Shown here: in pieces, positions 62,616 to 64,000 of the stretch
Numbering within the stretch: position 1 is the stretch's first letter
Layout of the letters: every line of letters begins with the position of its first letter
Assembly: GCF_048593235.1 (NCBI RefSeq)
Contig: NC_133617.1
Span: 705,850,958-705,914,957 of the forward strand
DNA length: 64,000 nucleotides
Direction: 5' to 3'
Source: Sminthopsis crassicaudata
Lineage: Eukaryota
Notes under the pieces: generated by a model
Databases searched by the model: none
The model's input: only the letters and a program-made list of their open reading frames with translations
Told to the model about the DNA's origin: nothing
Program-made: the position numbers and the translations under genes

Positions 62616-63225
62616 TGATAAGGTCCTCAATGGTGTTTTGGACCAAGAGGAACTAAAAAATTAATCCCTTAAACAAATAAGCAAAAGGTGGTCCCATCTG
62701 TAATCCAAGTTATGTCAAACATCCATCCTCTGTAGAAATCCTAGTCATGTCGCTGAGGTTAAATTTTCCCTATAAAATCTATTTGTTTGCCATCCCATGG
62801 TTGCAACCATCCTTTGGGTCAGCCCATCATAGCACTCTGTCTTGCAGTGTCTTTCCCTTTCCCCTTCCCATGCCATGTGATATCTCCCCTAATTCCACTA
62901 TGCTTTTCAACCCCACTCCTCCTCACAGCTAACTAACTCTCTTAGGGTATTACATCCCTTTAAGAATTTAGTCTGCCAGATAAGGGCATGCCCCAACCTC
63001 ATGGGGTTTGTGTTACCTTTCTACAGGGTAATAGTGAGTTCCACTTGTCTTTCATATACTCTCTCACTCTATTTCATATTTACCTTCCTGGTGTCTATTA
63101 TATCCTTTCATTTTGCCTATAACCTATTCTCTTCTGCCTTTTGCCAAAGAGAATGGCTATTGTGAATTCTTCACATGACTGAAACCCAACTTTTGGTGCC
63201 AAACCCCACAGCATAGATCACATCA
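62616..63225 (+). mobile_element. Putative ERV solo LTR (about 610 bp) inserted into an L1 3' end
   Basis: TGAT...ATCA termini, 4-bp flanking duplication AGAA (62612-62615 and 63226-63229), TATAAAA at about 62770; the L1 sequence resumes on both sides. Confidence 0.55.
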
Positions 63226-64000
63226 AGAAGAATAGGGAGATCACCATACACAGGAACAGCACTCTTATGATAATGATCAACTGTGAAAGATTTGGTTGCT
63301 CTGATCGATTCAATGATTCAAAAAAAATTCCAAAAGACTCATGATTAAAAAATAATAATAATAAGTGCTATACACCTCCAGGGAGAGAACTGATAAACTC
63401 TGAGTGCAAATTGTAGTATTATTTTCTTACTTTATCTTTTTCCTTGCTTTAATAAAAAATGATTCATATGAAAATATCTTTTGCATGATTTCACATATAT
63501 AACTGATATCATGTTTCTTGCCTTCTCAGTGGGCTAGGGAGGAGGTAGGAAGGAGAGAGAATTTGGAACTAAAAATTTTAAATGAAGAGAATGTTAAGTA
63601 AATAAGTAATAAAGATATTAAAAATATAGAAATCTTGAAAGAAAAAAAATTACAATATGTAAAAATACTGTTTGATTTACAAGTCAAGAATAGTTGAGAA
63701 CTAAGCCACTATGTCATTACCTTCTGGACCACTCCAAGAGCAAACAAAAGAATCTCCTCCCTTTCACAAGTGGGTGGGTAAGCAATGATTAGAACAAAAC
63801 AGAATTATTCATTGTGGAAGATATCTAAATAATTATTCTCAATCCATTTCTCTAAGAAAAATGTTTTTTGTATTTCATCTATTACCCATCTTTCCAATAG
63901 GATTTTCCAAGCACTTTAGAAAAGACTTCCAAGGTTTTAAAATATGCTTCCACATTAATAGTTGAATGTCCTGGTGTCTATTTTACCTCTTCATTTTGTC

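Noticed and set aside
54200-64000. CIDEC, expected head-to-head with JAGN1 by human synteny
   Set aside because: I found no CIDE-N or CIDE-C motifs. The human gene lies roughly 10 kb away, so it may simply be beyond the window edge; absence cannot be claimed.

Overview
Mammalian genomic DNA. The repeat content (WSINE1-like and CORE-RTE SINEs, marsupial L1 3' ends, an OC1-like hAT MITE) indicates a marsupial, probably a dasyurid. The window is the block syntenic to human 3p25.3: PRRT3 (+, 5' end outside the window), then CRELD1, IL17RC, IL17RE and JAGN1 (all on the - strand). I reconstructed exon structures by hand from GT-AG sites, phase continuity and recalled similarity to the human proteins. 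IL17RC (19 exons, 707 aa), IL17RE (16 exons, 700 aa) and JAGN1 (2 coding exons, 183 aa) close in frame. CRELD1 (10 coding exons) carries three single-base indels in this assembly. Introns and intergenic DNA are dense with L1, L2, SINE, hAT-MITE and LTR relics, and there are three N gaps. I found no convincing novel multi-gene system. The most notable observations are the CRELD1 frameshifts, a direct repeat flanking the IL17RE transmembrane/SEFIR exons, an ancestral-type SEFIR segment in IL17RE, a candidate JAGN1 5'UTR intron, a triplicated L1 target site and an OC1-like MITE. All comparisons to human sequences and repeat families are from memory, not from run alignments.
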